DNA from: Octopus vulgaris
Taxonomy: Eukaryota
Assembly (NCBI GenBank): GCA_951406725.2
Contig: OX597816.1
Span: forward strand, 148,552,001-148,616,000
Length of the DNA: 64,000 nt
Reading direction: 5' to 3'
The notes under the pieces are model-generated. The model made no database searches. It saw only the letters and a program-made list of their open reading frames with translations, and was not told where the DNA came from. Made by a program: the position numbers and the translations under genes. Below, piece by piece: positions 1-14,787 of the stretch. Numbering within the stretch: the stretch's first letter is position 1; the number at the start of each line of letters is the position of its first letter.

Positions 1-8
1 ACGGACGA

Positions 9-85
<77 letters not shown>

Positions 86-149
86 ATACATATATATATA
101 TATTAATTATTTATATCATTATATCATATCATATTCTAACTCAAGATGT

Positions 150-373
150 ATTTATATATTCTTTTCTACTCTAGGTACAAGGCTCGAAATTTTTAGGGAG
201 GGGCCAGTCGATTAGATCGACTCCAGTACGCAACAGGTACTTAATTTATCGACCCTGAAAGGAAGAAAAGCAAAGTCGAGCTCGACGGAATTTGAACTCA
301 GAACGTAAAGACAGACAAAATACCGCTAAGCATTTCGCCTGGCGTGCTAACGTTTCTGCCAGCTCGCTGCCTT
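150..373 (-). mobile_element. tRNA-derived SINE, family A (tail variant 2)
   Basis: Reverse complement matches 24070-24235 (ggcggcgagctggcagaaacgttagcacgcc...gagttcaaattcc...gactttgcttttc...gtcgataaattaagtac...gtcgat), with A-box and B-box-like motifs. The 3' tail differs (ggcccctccctaaaaatttcgagccttgtacctagag). Confidence 0.85.
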
Positions 374-684
374 TAAGAGAAGATAATATTAAATGGCAAC
401 GATGTATATGTGTTGTCTGTGACTGTTGTTGTTTATTGTTGTTGTTGTTGTTCCTGGTAGTCAAGGTAGTTGTGAGTGTGGCGATGACGTTGCTGGACGA
501 CAATCATTTGCACTGAAGTACATGCGTGAAATCACATGTCGCTCCCCAAATTTTAGATTACAATAATATATAACTTCCTTCTAAGATTCCTTACAATAAT
601 GTATAACTTCTTTCTAAGATATTATAAGATATCCTATCGTACATCACCAAAACTAACAATTACGGTTTTCAGTTTATGTACGAG

Positions 685-733
<49 letters not shown>

Positions 734-754
734 AGATCGGTAGCCACTACACAC

Positions 755-1070
<316 letters not shown>

Positions 1071-1504
1071 GTACGGGCACTTGTATATGATTAAACATCT
1101 CTTTCAATTCATGTTTGCTGTTTGTTCCTTTTTCTCTGCTCTTTGTCTGTTATCTGGTCTGCAAATAATTTTTATCAAAATCTCCTTTTCCATTTCTCTT
1201 CCACTCTCTCCACTCTCTCCCTACCTACCTCTCTCTTTGTCTCTCTCGCACTCCAATTGTCTTATCTATCTTGTCTGCTATTCGCCATCGTCTTCACAAT
1301 GATATTAACAGAACAACAAAATTTTACGGTTCGCGCTAGTAGATATAATTTCATAATCATAACATTTCAATCGACCGAACAATCGTATATCCTTATACAT
1401 CGCTGATCACAATGCGCTACAATTCTTATATATATATGTATATAAGTATATGTACATATGTAAATATGTATGTATATTTATATATGTATGTATATATGTA
1501 TGTA

Positions 1505-1548
<44 letters not shown>

Positions 1549-1657
1549 TACATACATATATGTGTGTGTGTACGTATGTATGTATATGTATATATATATA
1601 TATGTGTGTGTGTGATTGTGTATGTATGTGTGTGTGTGTGTATCTATAAATATATAT

Positions 1658-1876
1658 AGTAGACGAGTTCAGCAAAAATTTTAGATTCAGATGAATATGG
1701 TACTTACGTTGAGGCACCAGTATTTAGTACGGTATTATCCATACAATTTCAAAATAAGGTTATTAAAATCAAAATAAGTAACAAGGATATCCAGAGGTAA
1801 TGCACTACCATCGTTTCACGCAACACCATTTAATTGAACATTACAACCATTACATCAATTTAAATGCAAAGCAATT
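1658..1876 (-). mobile_element. Truncated copy of the hammerhead-bearing element at 29293-30284
   Basis: Clear alignment to 29302-29513. Retains GAAAC-GATG-GTA on the minus strand but ends before the CUGAAGA box. Abuts a TA/TG microsatellite. Confidence 0.75.
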
Positions 1877-3197
1877 TGATTAATTTATATCCATAGATAT
1901 CATTTAATAAGTTAATATTCAGATAGATCATACGTATAAATATTAAACTATCTTATATGTAATGTTCTTTTACTCCCTTTATTGTGGTAAAATTTGGTAT
2001 ATGAAAGTGAGACCTGTCAAAGGGTGGAAGGGTGGAAGATCTAATGAGGAGTCAACGGCCATCCAACACTATGTGTACATATGTATGTATGCGTGTATGT
2101 ATGCACGGGGACGTGGAAATACCTGGGTTGGTGTCTAGGCGTGCGGTTGGCCCACTGGTTGTGAGAGGCCCCTCTGTTGTTGTCACAACATCTCCCTAGA
2201 AGAGGGAAACCACAAGAAGGTATTTCTGGTCATTTGAACGCTTGTCATTGAATGATGAGTAAGGCCTGTTTTCATGGGCTGTTCGGGGACACGCGTTAGT
2301 ATCAATACGTCACAGGCTTCTGGTAAGTGGAAAGCAGTTCTATCGCAATGAATGGAACTTGTTTGTCTTACTCTCGTAAGAAATTTCAATGAAATTTAAA
2401 TTTTAGTCAAAATTTATATATGATTTAAAATTAGTGAACAGTTCATTCTTGGTAAATGCATACACACATGTACATACATATATTTCTATAAGTGTGTGCG
2501 TGTTTATGCATGTGTGTACGTTTGTTTGTTGCGTACATTAATGTATGTGTGTAAAGTTATCATTATGGTCATGTACAACAACTACTTGAATAATTGAGCA
2601 ACCATACCTATATGTAAATAAACAATTATATTAATTCACATGAAATGCTATATAATGTTCATTTATGCAAAACTATAATTTGTTCCATACCATATATGCG
2701 TCTAAGTTTGCTTGTGTACGTGCAGATATTTATGTATAAATATGAATATTTTAAAATTTTCATTTATGCAATAAATCTCTCTTTATGCATATATATTTGC
2801 AATCGTAAACATAATATGCAATATAATGACAATTAGTTGCAGTTCAGGATCATGACCTACAGGATCTTAATGGATATAATGAGCATTTAGGTATCATTTG
2901 ACGTTCACATAACAACATGCTTGAAATGAACTTTTCGAAAGGTTATTTCGAAACAATGGACAATAACAGCTTTTCGTGATGCACCCTTTCTTCGTTTCGG
3001 CGACAATATTGTAATAAAATTTCTGTACTAAAATAACGATGTTGGTGTGCAGATACTGAGGGAAAATTCATAGTAAAAATAGTTGAGGTGTCAGATGTTA
3101 ACGATCCGTTCACGTTCAAAATTGCTCGTGGCTTTTGAATTTCTTTTGACCAAGTAGCATTTGTTTTAGGCAAAAATATTGTTGCCACTCTACTAGC

Positions 3198-3260
<63 letters not shown>

Positions 3261-3263
3261 CGT

Positions 3264-3348
<85 letters not shown>

Positions 3349-3399
3349 CATATATATGGTCAGGTCAAGAAAATGTTGCTTCTGGTTCAAGGTAACACA

Positions 3400-4965
3400 G
3401 AAATACTCGTTTTATGGTCCAGTGTTCGGCGACTAAACCGGATCCCCTACCCTGTTGATCCAGGTGAGAAAAGTGTAGTGGACACTCTGCAGATCTAAAA
3501 AGAAAACCTATCAAAAGATGGGTGAGCTTATTATGAGCCAGCAGCCATCTACAAGAGTGATGTCTTGTAATAACATCTTACATGTAGGTTGGCGAACCGC
3601 ACACCTGGTCTAAGACTGTAGCCACAATAACTCAAATGAAAATCATACTGCTCACTTCTATCCCGGCTAAGACGTAGCCCGGTTTAACAATCCCTTCCTC
3701 AACCTAGGGAACTCTTGTGGGCCTGACGAAGAGTATTCTAAAAGAAACAACAAAGACCAGCCTTGGATTCATCCAAAACCGACTCTCCCTCAGATCCACC
3801 TTTTGACAGCTTACTCTTCTGGCCTCCTTCAACACTCGCACGATAAACTCACTCTAGAGACAAGGCGATCTGATCGCAGAGACCGACAGACTTAAAGTCC
3901 TAGCCGTTAGCATTCAAGAATACAGAATCCATGGCCCAAACTTTCTAATATCGTTTACTACTCATCAACTAGTACAGCGAAAGACGACATAAATATCTTC
4001 CATGATGATATGCACCAACCCTCGTTGACTGGAATGCATGTCTACTGATCCCACTACAAAATTCATGGACATTTTCAAACAAATCAAATAGAAACTCTAA
4101 TAGCTTTTCAGACTTTCAGTCAGCAACCGTGCTTTTCTCTGAAAACACAGACTTCTGCAAGCGACAAGGCAATTTTTTTTTGGGGGGGGGGGGCGCACAA
4201 AGGTCCACGTAAAACGTTGTCACAAACTGACGAAATGGTTTGTCATTGAATATATCGTAATTCTATTTGGGACTGCAATATCTACACATTTCGTCCAATC
4301 GAACGAGACCATAGGATCCTGGCTGCTACGATAAAACTCATCTCCGTTATAATCAACCAAAGAGCAAAAGTCACTTCGATGTATATGGTCTTCCTCATCC
4401 AACCTAGATACTTCCATATCTTTTGTTATAATATGCAAGAATACATTCGCCGAACTCAATGTAGAACTTCCTGAGAAAATCATCACAACTTGCAGAAAAT
4501 CATCTCATTCAACAGCAACACCACTTCCACGGACAATTTTGTTGTAACATCAATCTCAACACTGCTCACCAATATTCCACCTGATGAAATTAATTTTATG
4601 GAAGCACTAACTGCTGCTAAACAGCTCAAAACTAACAAATTGTGTGGGGCAGATTGTGTGCCTCCTAAGGTTCTTCGGAATCTCGAGTTACTTCTTTTAC
4701 TTATTTTTGTTCTAAATTCAATTTATATCAGCTGTCAACCTCCGTCAGAATTCAAGCTGAACTGCGTCATTCCTGTTCTGAAATAGAGAGGTCTATAAGA
4801 ATACGGCTTCTGTTGTGACATTAGCCTGATGTCATGCTCAGCCAAACTTTCCAGCTATATCATTCTCAATCACACCCAAAACCCTATCGAAACGCTACGC
4901 CCATCAAAGAAAAACGGTTTTTGCAAAGGTTGCTCCACCGTTGAATCTATTTTAACTATTTTTAA
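3400..4965 (+). mobile_element. Decayed non-LTR retrotransposon (APE endonuclease plus RT N-terminus, RTE-like)
   Basis: Translates to LASFNTRTINSL...VLAVSIQE (APE motif I, about 3820-3925), then KQLKTNKLCGADCVPPKVL...VIPVLK...ISLMSCSAKL...KNGFCKGCSTVESI (early RT domains, 4580-4960). Many stops and frameshifts. Confidence 0.75.
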
Positions 4966-5366
4966 TCTTCACATTCTTTTATAATCCTGTGACAAGTAAC
5001 GGCTGATACCAATGTCTGTCCATAAAAATAACTCTCCTACAAGAATGAGATTTAATTTAATGGTGACTAAATCGATTTAGAAAGCAACGTAATCGAAACT
5101 TACGATGAAGAATTTGTGACTGACGTTGATAAGACTGGGGTTGATGATGACGAACTTAAGAAGGAGACACTGTACGTGTATGTATGTATGTATGTATGTA
5201 TGTATGTATGTATGTATGTATGTATGTATGTATGTATCCATTCATATTTTTGTATCTCAATGCATTATAGTCGTCATCACGTATTTTAATAAATGAATTA
5301 AGTAATCAAGTCTAGATTTTATAAATGCAAATGAGAGATTTAGTTATTTCCCACCGATATTCGGGC

Positions 5367-5475
<109 letters not shown>

Positions 5476-6271
5476 TTTAAAGAAATTTATGCAGATATTT
5501 GCTTCAATAACGATAACTATATAAATAAAGGATGGGGAAATCATTTTCAGCTCGAATCAAAAGTATATTGCAAACTCGAATTGTTGAAATCTTTTACTTC
5601 ACGTCGTCTCTTCGAAATACTATTGACAATATGGATTCCTTGTATATTAGACACAACAAGCCTGTATTTTAGGAGAAAGAAATGGGGATTCTGATATTCA
5701 TGCTTTTCGCAGAGACATTAACTGCCTAAGGAAAATGGAATGACTTCATTCAGAAATTAAATCTTATCACTAACTCAGTTGGCCTTACTTTTCTCAATGC
5801 TTGCCACAAAATTATCGACAATACTGACAGTTAGAATTATAATATATTCATTCATTTGTTCTGCTTTTGAAGTGATATGTTACGTTCTTGCTCATAAAGC
5901 CCAAAGAGAATACATCAATTCAAAATATAAGAATTTCAGTGTTTATTACAAATAGGGACAAAATGCATTGGAATGTTATTAATATCTTGTCATGACGAGC
6001 TGTTGAATTATTTTTTTCTTTTATTGTTATGTTAATAGAAATACGTTTTCTTTTCAATATCGTTGTCGTCAGTCTTAATCTATATTTTCTGTTCCTTCCG
6101 TAAATCATTTTAACGTTCCTTGCTGCCAATAACTTGCTCACTTAATTTCATATTTATATGATATTTGCTAGGAATTTTACAGTAAAGCAACACTTTTCTT
6201 TCTATAATTCTATAGTTTTCCCATTGTTGCATAACATCTTACTGTTAATTTACTTTGTGTGTGTGTGTGTC

Positions 6272-6375
<104 letters not shown>

Positions 6376-6446
6376 TAGATAGATAAAAAGCTAGCCGTTA
6401 TCTACATTTACAAAACAATTTTTCTTTCCATTTATTTTTCTCATAT

Positions 6447-6499
<53 letters not shown>

Positions 6500-6538
6500 G
6501 TATGCATGTATATGTGTATATATATGTATATGTACATA

Positions 6539-6610
<72 letters not shown>

Positions 6611-8329
6611 CGTATATATATACATATATATGAATATTTACATGCATATATATGCATATATATATGTATATACACATATATATATACATACATGTATATG
6701 TAAATATATGTATGTGCGTGTGTGTATGTATATTGCTTTCTCTTGTTTGCTATAACTGGTCTGTTAGATTATTTCTGTTATTGTTATTCCAGAAAGTATT
6801 GTTGTTCTTTCTTTTGTTGCAAGCTTTTATGAAAAACACGTGCAACTTCCGTTCCAATGCATAGGTGAGTGTATTTGATTAATACGTGTTTATATATACA
6901 CATACATATTTTTTTAATATTATATATTATATGCGTGTGTGGTTATATACAAACATACATACTCATGAAGGCATTTACATACACACACGTGTATGTAAAT
7001 GTAATTATATATGCACACATACATGTGTTAATGCATCTATGTATATGCCAGAGTATGCGTGTGTATGAGAGTATGTGTGTGGGCGATTTTTGTTGCTTTT
7101 TTGGTTTTTGTTCTTTAGTATTTTCCTTTCCAGCAGCATTAAGAATATGTTTTCATTTCCTGTTTAGTTTTATCGGTGATCATTCAATTTTATATAAAAA
7201 GGATTTTAAAAGAGAAATAGAAAATCGAGAATAAAATACCTAATTAATTTCTACATTAAGGTTTTAATATATTCCGCGATAATAAAAGTTAGCAATTCTC
7301 AAAGAAGAAACATTTCCCACAAGTGTTAAACTAAATTCCAATTCCCATCAACTCAAAACAAGTCAGTAACATATCTGATTGAAACTAGTCGACCATTATA
7401 TCAAGTTATTTGCTGGTTTAAGTCTAATGTTTCTCCATCATGGCCTGCTTTACTAAATCCTACGCAAATTCACCAAGTTGAAAATAAATCATTATTACTC
7501 AATATTTATAATAACGTGGCCGAAACGTTTGAATAGTTGACTTATTTGCATTGGAGGAGCAATGTGACTTTTTTGTGTTCGATACTTTGGTCAAATCTCG
7601 TTCAAAAGGTTCCCTCTTCGATGTTGATGAGTATCCAGCTGAGTTTTACTAACTGAACATAGCTATATGTAAACAACAAGGTGTTTAAAAGTTGATCATA
7701 TATACATAAATATGCATATATATATCAAATCTATACTTCTTCCAGCAGATCGGCTGTGGCCATGCTGGACGTCGACATTAATGTTAGATTATTTCATATC
7801 CACGCCCTCCTCTCTAAGATTGATTTTCGTAAAGAAAAAGGTGCAAATTGCTACCCTTATTTGTGTTTCCTGCCTTGACATTGGTTCAGTCTGTGATCCC
7901 AGATAGAAAGCCGCCAAGGTATATGTTTAAATACATTTACATTTACACCTGGGTCTTAGATAATATATTAAAATTTGTGTACCTTTGCGCCCTAAGCTGT
8001 TACTGTAATTGAATCACGCCCTTGATGGTGGGGAATATGTTGAAATATTTTCTGTTCCTTCCATAAATCTTAGAAAGGTTATTACGTAAGAACTATCGTA
8101 CATAACTTATAACTATTCGAAACACATGTATTAAATACATTCAAATTTGGTTTTGTGTTTATTCTGGTGTATATAATCCACGCTTGTATATATATACATA
8201 TATATACATACATGCATACATATATATATATATATACACAGATACATACATTCATACATACATACATACAGACATATATAAATACATGCATACATACATA
8301 TCTAAAGCACAAAGAATGATGAAGAATTA

Positions 8330-10065
8330 TATATTTTCAATTCTTAATTTATAATCCATAATTCGCTTGCGCATGTTTCAAATGTGTCGGTGTTAAGTAA
8401 TACAATGATGCGCTAATTCTGCACTTAAATCGTTCTGTAATTAACCGAGAAGAGTATTACATAGATCTAGAAAGCCAACGCTCGTGCATCTTCCTCAGAG
8501 CAACCACATTGCGAATAACGTAGAACATAGAACTATCAGGGTACTAAACCGCTCATTTCTGTGCAAAGCCAGTAATGGGTGAAGGGAAATATAATCCTTA
8601 TAAAATGTAAATCCCATAAGGCTGAGGTGGTATTGCAAAATGAAACGGCTTGACCTTCTATTGTAGTTATACTTTTATTTTCCTAGACTAAAATTGATAA
8701 AAATGGATGAGACAAATATATTCCAAGTAGTACCAAAATATATTACTATTTAGGTCAGACAAATTGCTAATACTGATACCTACAGAGAAGTCATTGGCGT
8801 AGAAGACAGACTAGTTAATTAAAGTTAGAAAGAGAAAAATGATCTGCGATTTAATTCTATTTATGAGATTGTAATCTGTTGATGAGAAAATATTTCAAAA
8901 TTAAGCTAAGAAGAATGAAATGAATTCAATATGTATGGTAGGATTTAAGAACGAAAGAACTGAAAGGCCCTCAATAGATAAAGCACACCTGATTAAATTA
9001 ATAAATCGATGGGAGAATTAAAATGCTAGAAAATGAAAGCTAGTTAAGAGTTGTAAGATAACTAAATGCATCGCCTTAAGAATTACTAAGGATAATCAAG
9101 ATACGAACACTGTTAAAACAATTAAAACCAAATAAGAGAATATAATATGAATAAAAACTAATAATAACACTATATCATTAATGAAATTAAATCAAATTTT
9201 AAAATTCAGTACCTTCTAGTATAAGAATTATAGTAACACTAGCGCTAGAATTACTATCATCTTTTCCTCATACTATACTTTATTTGGTTTTCATCAACAT
9301 ACTTGGTTTTAATGGTTTTAAAATTGTTCATATCTTGATTATCATAAGTAATTCTTAAAGCGATTTATTACACTTAAATATCTTTAATTTTCTAGCATTT
9401 TAATTCTCTCCAATTTAATCAGTTGTACTTTATTTATTGAGAAACCTTACAGTTTTTTCTTTCTTAATTAGTGTTTTTTTTTTCTTAAATCCCACCATAC
9501 ATACTGAATTCATTTCATTCTTCTTAGCTTAATTTTGAAATATTTTCTCATCAACAGATTACAGTCTCATAAATAGAATTAAATCGCAGATCATTTTTCT
9601 CTTTCTAACATTAATTAACTTGTCTGTATTCTACACCAATGACTTCTCTATAGGTATTAATGTTAGTAATTTGTTGGATCTAAATAATGATATATTTTGG
9701 TACTACTTGGAATATATTTCTCTCATCCATTTTTATCAATTTTAGTCGAGGACAATAAAAGTTTAACTATAGTAGAAAGTCAAGCCGTTTCATATTTCAA
9801 TACCATCTCAACCTTATGTGATTTACATTTTATAAGTATTATATTTTCTTTCACTCATTACTAGCTTTGAACGGACGTGGGCAGTTTAGTATTATACCCT
9901 GACACTTCTGTGTCCTACATTGTTCGCAGGGTAGTTGCTCTGAGGAATTATGGATCGGTTTAGGTGCAGAATTAACGCATCTTTGCGTTAAGCAACAGAG
10001 GCTAATCGGACGAATTATGAATTATAAACGCATGTGGACGAATTATGGATTATAAATATGAAAAA
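8330..10065. repeat. Long inverted repeat (arms about 8330-9135 and 9300-10065) with degenerate hammerhead motifs at the outer ends; Penelope-like fold-back
   Basis: The arms align as reverse complements over about 750-800 bp; 8824-8951 vs 9482-9609 has 3 mismatches. Minus strand 8363-8503 reads ttgct-CTGAGGA-agatg...cattt-GAAAC-atgc-GCA-agcga. CTGAGGA is on the plus strand at 9940-9946. Confidence 0.9.
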
Positions 10066-10341
10066 CTATAGATTATAAATCTGAAAAATATATATATAAT
10101 TCATATATGTATATAATGTATGGATAATAATATATTCTTTTACAATATACTGTGAAATTTTCAAAGCCGAGAATTGAACTTGGTTATCGGAGAAACGTAC
10201 AATTGTAATTGATTGGACTACATGGTTCACAACGGTTATCCCTCATCGTTCTAGTTAGCCAAGTGCTGTAACTACAGAGTGCTCAAAAATGTATTTGACC
10301 ATCCCTACTCCTTTGTATATATGTGTATGCATGTATGTATA

Positions 10342-10411
<70 letters not shown>

Positions 10412-10704
10412 GATATAGATATACAAGTGAGCATATGAATGCAGAACAAGGTGGTAACGATAGTACTCAAATACCGAAGGTAGATTAATATGCTTTTTTT
10501 ATTAAAGCTGGAAAAACATGATAAAAAACTGTTAATCAAGTTCCACTTTCTCGTTCGTCGGTCATTTATTCCCATAAACGTGAACGTGAAACTCTGGGTA
10601 ACAGCTTTTTGTGATGGTTTTATAGTTTCAACTATTATATATATGTGTGTGTGCGTGTATACATATATACACACATATATATATGTATGTGTATATATAT
10701 GTAC

Positions 10705-10771
<67 letters not shown>

Positions 10772-10874
10772 TATATATATGCATATATATGTATACACGT
10801 ATAGATATATATATATATATACATATATAAATATGCATATACATATAGACATATATATATACACATATATACAG

Positions 10875-10964
<90 letters not shown>

Positions 10965-10967
10965 GTA

Positions 10968-11019
<52 letters not shown>

Positions 11020-11199
11020 GAAGGAATAAATTGTATAGCTATCAACTTTATGCAGCTCAACCAATTAGCGCTCTAATGAAGCTTCAGGATTATAAAATTT
11101 AGAAAGAGATAAGCAAATTTCAAAGCTTGGTGTATATATTCATTTAATCTATTTCAAATTAGCAAAATTCTCCACAATATATATTATACATAGATGCGT

Positions 11200-12360
11200 T
11201 TACATATATAAGACATGATAAAAATTTATAAGAATTCACAAACACATATGCATACGAAGGTTTATAAATAAATACAAATTCATAAATATATAAACATTTA
11301 TAAATATTAATACATTGCGAGGTCCGAATGTCCGTATTTGTATCAATGAGAAGGGTAGATAAGAAAGTTAGTATAAGATGATTTATGAGGAATCCTTAAT
11401 AAGTACAAAATCTTACAGCCGTTTCGAGAAGATATTGGTTGATTTGGGTGAGCTAACTCCAACCATAGCAGTTATCTATACTTCTGTCATCAGAGTTAAA
11501 GGTTTCAAAGAGTTGTTGAAATTTTAATAGATATAAGAGGTTTGAGAATTTTTCAAAAACGAATGTTTAGTCGAACCATAATCTTCATGCAGATGATATA
11601 ATTAAAATTAAAATTACAGGTTAAGATACATTACGATGCTATATATAATAGTATTTTAAGAAGAGTCCATAATATGAAGGGTGACTAGATTAGGGTCCTA
11701 TAGGCTAACTATTTTTAGGGAAGAGTTTAAAAGTGCAAGACATTTATGTCTAAAGGTAATTTTGACATCAGATATCTTATTAAGTAAGCTAATTTTGTTG
11801 GCACCGATTATGTGGATTGCCTCCTTCATGCATAAATTGCAATTTTTCGTGTATCTATTATATGGTGTGGTTTCTGTTATTATAGACCCATCTAGACGGA
11901 ATTCTTTATTGTGCATTTTTAATCTATTGATGTGGGTAGCTAGTGTGGTTGAATTTTTTGTTTCGCGGTTAGCAAATGAGTTTGTATGCGCCTTATATCT
12001 AACCTTAAAATCAGTCGTACTACCTATGTAAATCTTTTTAGATTCATTAAGGGTTGAGACATCAACTTTTTATACGACATTTCTCATTAAACAGAAATCT
12101 TTAGGGGACAACTCTTCCTATTACGACAATTACATGTTTTATTTGTTTTGTTTCCCGGTTTAGTCTTTCTATTTTTAAAATCAGGGTTATTATTATTATT
12201 ATTCATATTAAGGTCAGCTAAGTTATCATCTCTATTAGTGTCGTTATTTCTACGTTTAAGTCTATTGTTGGCCGCGATTATAGATCCTAGATTGGGTGTG
12301 GTTGAGTACGATAATTTAAGGCAGGATCTGTTAAATATAGAGTGATATTTATTTGTTTCC
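11200..12360 (-). mobile_element. Penelope-like element 3' part (linker, GIY-YIG endonuclease and pLTR with hammerhead)
   Basis: Minus-strand translation gives SIFNRSCLKLSYSTTPNL...CNCRNRKSCP..CLMRNVVY...IYIGSTTDFKVRY...CNLCMKEA...LLNK...FRHK, the GIY-YIG signature of Penelope-like elements. Confidence 0.9.
11409..11498 (-). ncRNA. Type-I minimal hammerhead ribozyme motif in the Penelope pLTR
   Basis: aact-CTGATGA-C-AGAAG...TGGTTGG...TCAACCA...CTTCT-C-GAAAC-ggct-GTA-agatt. Long stem II, C/C mismatch at the stem II base, weak stem I. Confidence 0.7.
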
Positions 12361-12489
12361 CACTAGGAAGGCGTACTTTTACGACCAAGCCACCAAGTGT
12401 AGGTGGTTCCCACCCAAATTGAGAATCCTGCAAGCCAAATATATAAACCAAATATATGTGTATGCGTGTTTATATATATTATACATTTC

Positions 12490-12738
12490 TCATCTTTTAT
12501 CTTTTAGTTTCCTTCAGTCATTTGACTGTGGCCATCTGAGAGCACCGCCCTGAAGTGTCTTAGCCGAACAAATCGACTCCAGGCTTTATTTTTTGAAGCC
12601 TAGTAATTATTCTATCGTTCTCTTTTACTGAACCGCTAGATTACGATGACGAAAGCGCACCAGTACCGGTTGTTAAGTGGCTGTGGGGGACAAGCGCAGA
12701 CACAAAGACACACACACATGAATATATACATATACATA

Positions 12739-12776
<38 letters not shown>

Positions 12777-12968
12777 CGTGTGTGTGTGTGTGCGTGCGTG
12801 TGTGTGTGTGCGCGCGCGCTTCTTTCAGTTTCCATCAACCAAATCCACTCATAAGGTTTTGGTCAGCCCGAGGTTGTAGTTTTGGTCAGCCCAAGGTGCC
12901 ATGCTGTGGTACTGAACCCGGAACCATGTGGTTGGGAAGCAAACTACTTACCAGACAGCTACGCCCGC
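12490..12968 (-). mobile_element. tRNA-derived CORE-like SINE, family B, with internal microsatellite
   Basis: Reverse complement aligns with 28342-28760 across the head, ggcaccttggg domain, internal TG/CA tract and ggcggtgctc...caaatgactgaa tail. Confidence 0.85.
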
Positions 12969-14691
12969 ATATCTTTTATGTCTTCATTCCAAGAAATAAA
13001 GCCTCACTTTTCTTCTACTTCGCATAATGGCTCATGCGTAGAACCGAGGCAATTTTTTTTTTGTTTTAACAACATTGGATTATTAGCAATCTTGTATGTT
13101 AGATTACGTTATAATGTAAGCCATTCTATGAATCTTTTGGCTTTGCGCTTACTTCAATAATGTAATATCTGTTAGCAAATTATAAACATGGTAAAATTAG
13201 AATTTTATCGGGTTACTGGCAGAATGATGAACGAATTTCATCCTACCTCCTATACTGCCCTGTTTACACATCCAAGATAGCTACTTTTCACTGGGTAAGT
13301 CCTTCTGGCTGTAGGTCTTTAGTTACTTTGTTTCAGTTATCACAAGCTAAGCTTATGATGGAGCACCGCTTTGAACAGTGCATAAAGAGATTTTACTAGT
13401 AAAAGCTGAAGGAAAAATGCAAAATAATAAATGACCTTTAATTATTATGACCTTTAATTAGCCTGCGTGTAACTGTCTATGCATTAGAATATATAACATG
13501 CCTGTTAAAGAAAGCGGGAAAGACAAGGCATAAAATGCAATCTATGTGTAAGATAATCCATGGAAAGTATTTTGTTAAAAAAGCATGGTAATGTCCACCA
13601 TGAATTGTCTGAAGATAAATTCATGAAAATGATTGCGTTCAGAAACATAAATATTCACTGGCACATCAACCAGAAACTTCGATAAAACACGAATAACTAA
13701 TAGATAGAAATTCAGTGATGTATAGAAAGGGCGAAGGAATACACAGATGAATGAGCGGTAGCTGAGATGTGAATTTCGAATATGAGATACGAAACAGCAA
13801 ACACGCAAATACGAATACATATAGATGCAAGCACGAATCCACACACATACACACAAACACATACTCAACCACTCACAAACACACGCACACACACATATAC
13901 ACACACACACGCACAAGTCCAATGCAAATATTCAAATATGTCTGTATGCATATTTATATAAATATATAAACATAGATAGATAGGTAGATTGATTGATTGA
14001 TGTATATATGTATATATATGTGTGTGTGTGTGTGTAATTATATATGTATATTGTATATATATATACCTATTTGTATGTGCAGACATTCGTGCGTATCTGT
14101 GTGCCTGTGTCTGTCTGTCTGTATGTATGTATGTATATATGTATGTATGTGTTTATGTATGTATGTATGTATATATGTATGTATGCATGCATGTATGTAT
14201 GTATGTATGTATATACATATATTTCACGCTTAAAAATCTGGTAGTAACTTTTCTTTGATGATGTCCAATAAGACCAAAATATGCCAGGGTTGTTCACATG
14301 CACTTTCACGAAGTCGCTCCCACAACATTCTATTTGAATGGAATGTAGTGGGGAGAGAGAGTAACTTTTTAATTAAAGTTAACTTAAATTCCTAGAATTG
14401 TTTCCTATGCTTACGAGTATTCATGAATATCATTATTGATTCTTCTCGCTACTTGTGTAGTTTTAATGAATTGAAGTTTATTGGTTCACTACATTAAGTT
14501 TTGTTACCGCAAACTCTAGCAATTGAATCAGTACATATCGCAATGGTTATGAATTTATTTTCACAACCACGTTGTTCTGCATTCGGTTGGACTGTGTGCC
14601 AGCGTGTGTAAATATTTTCGACTGGGGCTTAGATTCACCAACATCTTTTCAGTGAAAGTTAAATGACGAAAACGGTACAAAAGATTGTCGA

Positions 14692-14786
<95 letters not shown>
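14692..14786. repeat. (GATA)n microsatellite, continuing at 16332-16480 on the other side of the LINE
   Basis: Direct inspection. Confidence 0.95.

Positions 14787-14787
<1 letters not shown>

Noticed and set aside
7430-7535. ctccatcatggcc...ggccgaaacgttt, a possible decayed hammerhead
   Set aside because: The CUGANGA box and cleavage site are too degenerate to support the call.
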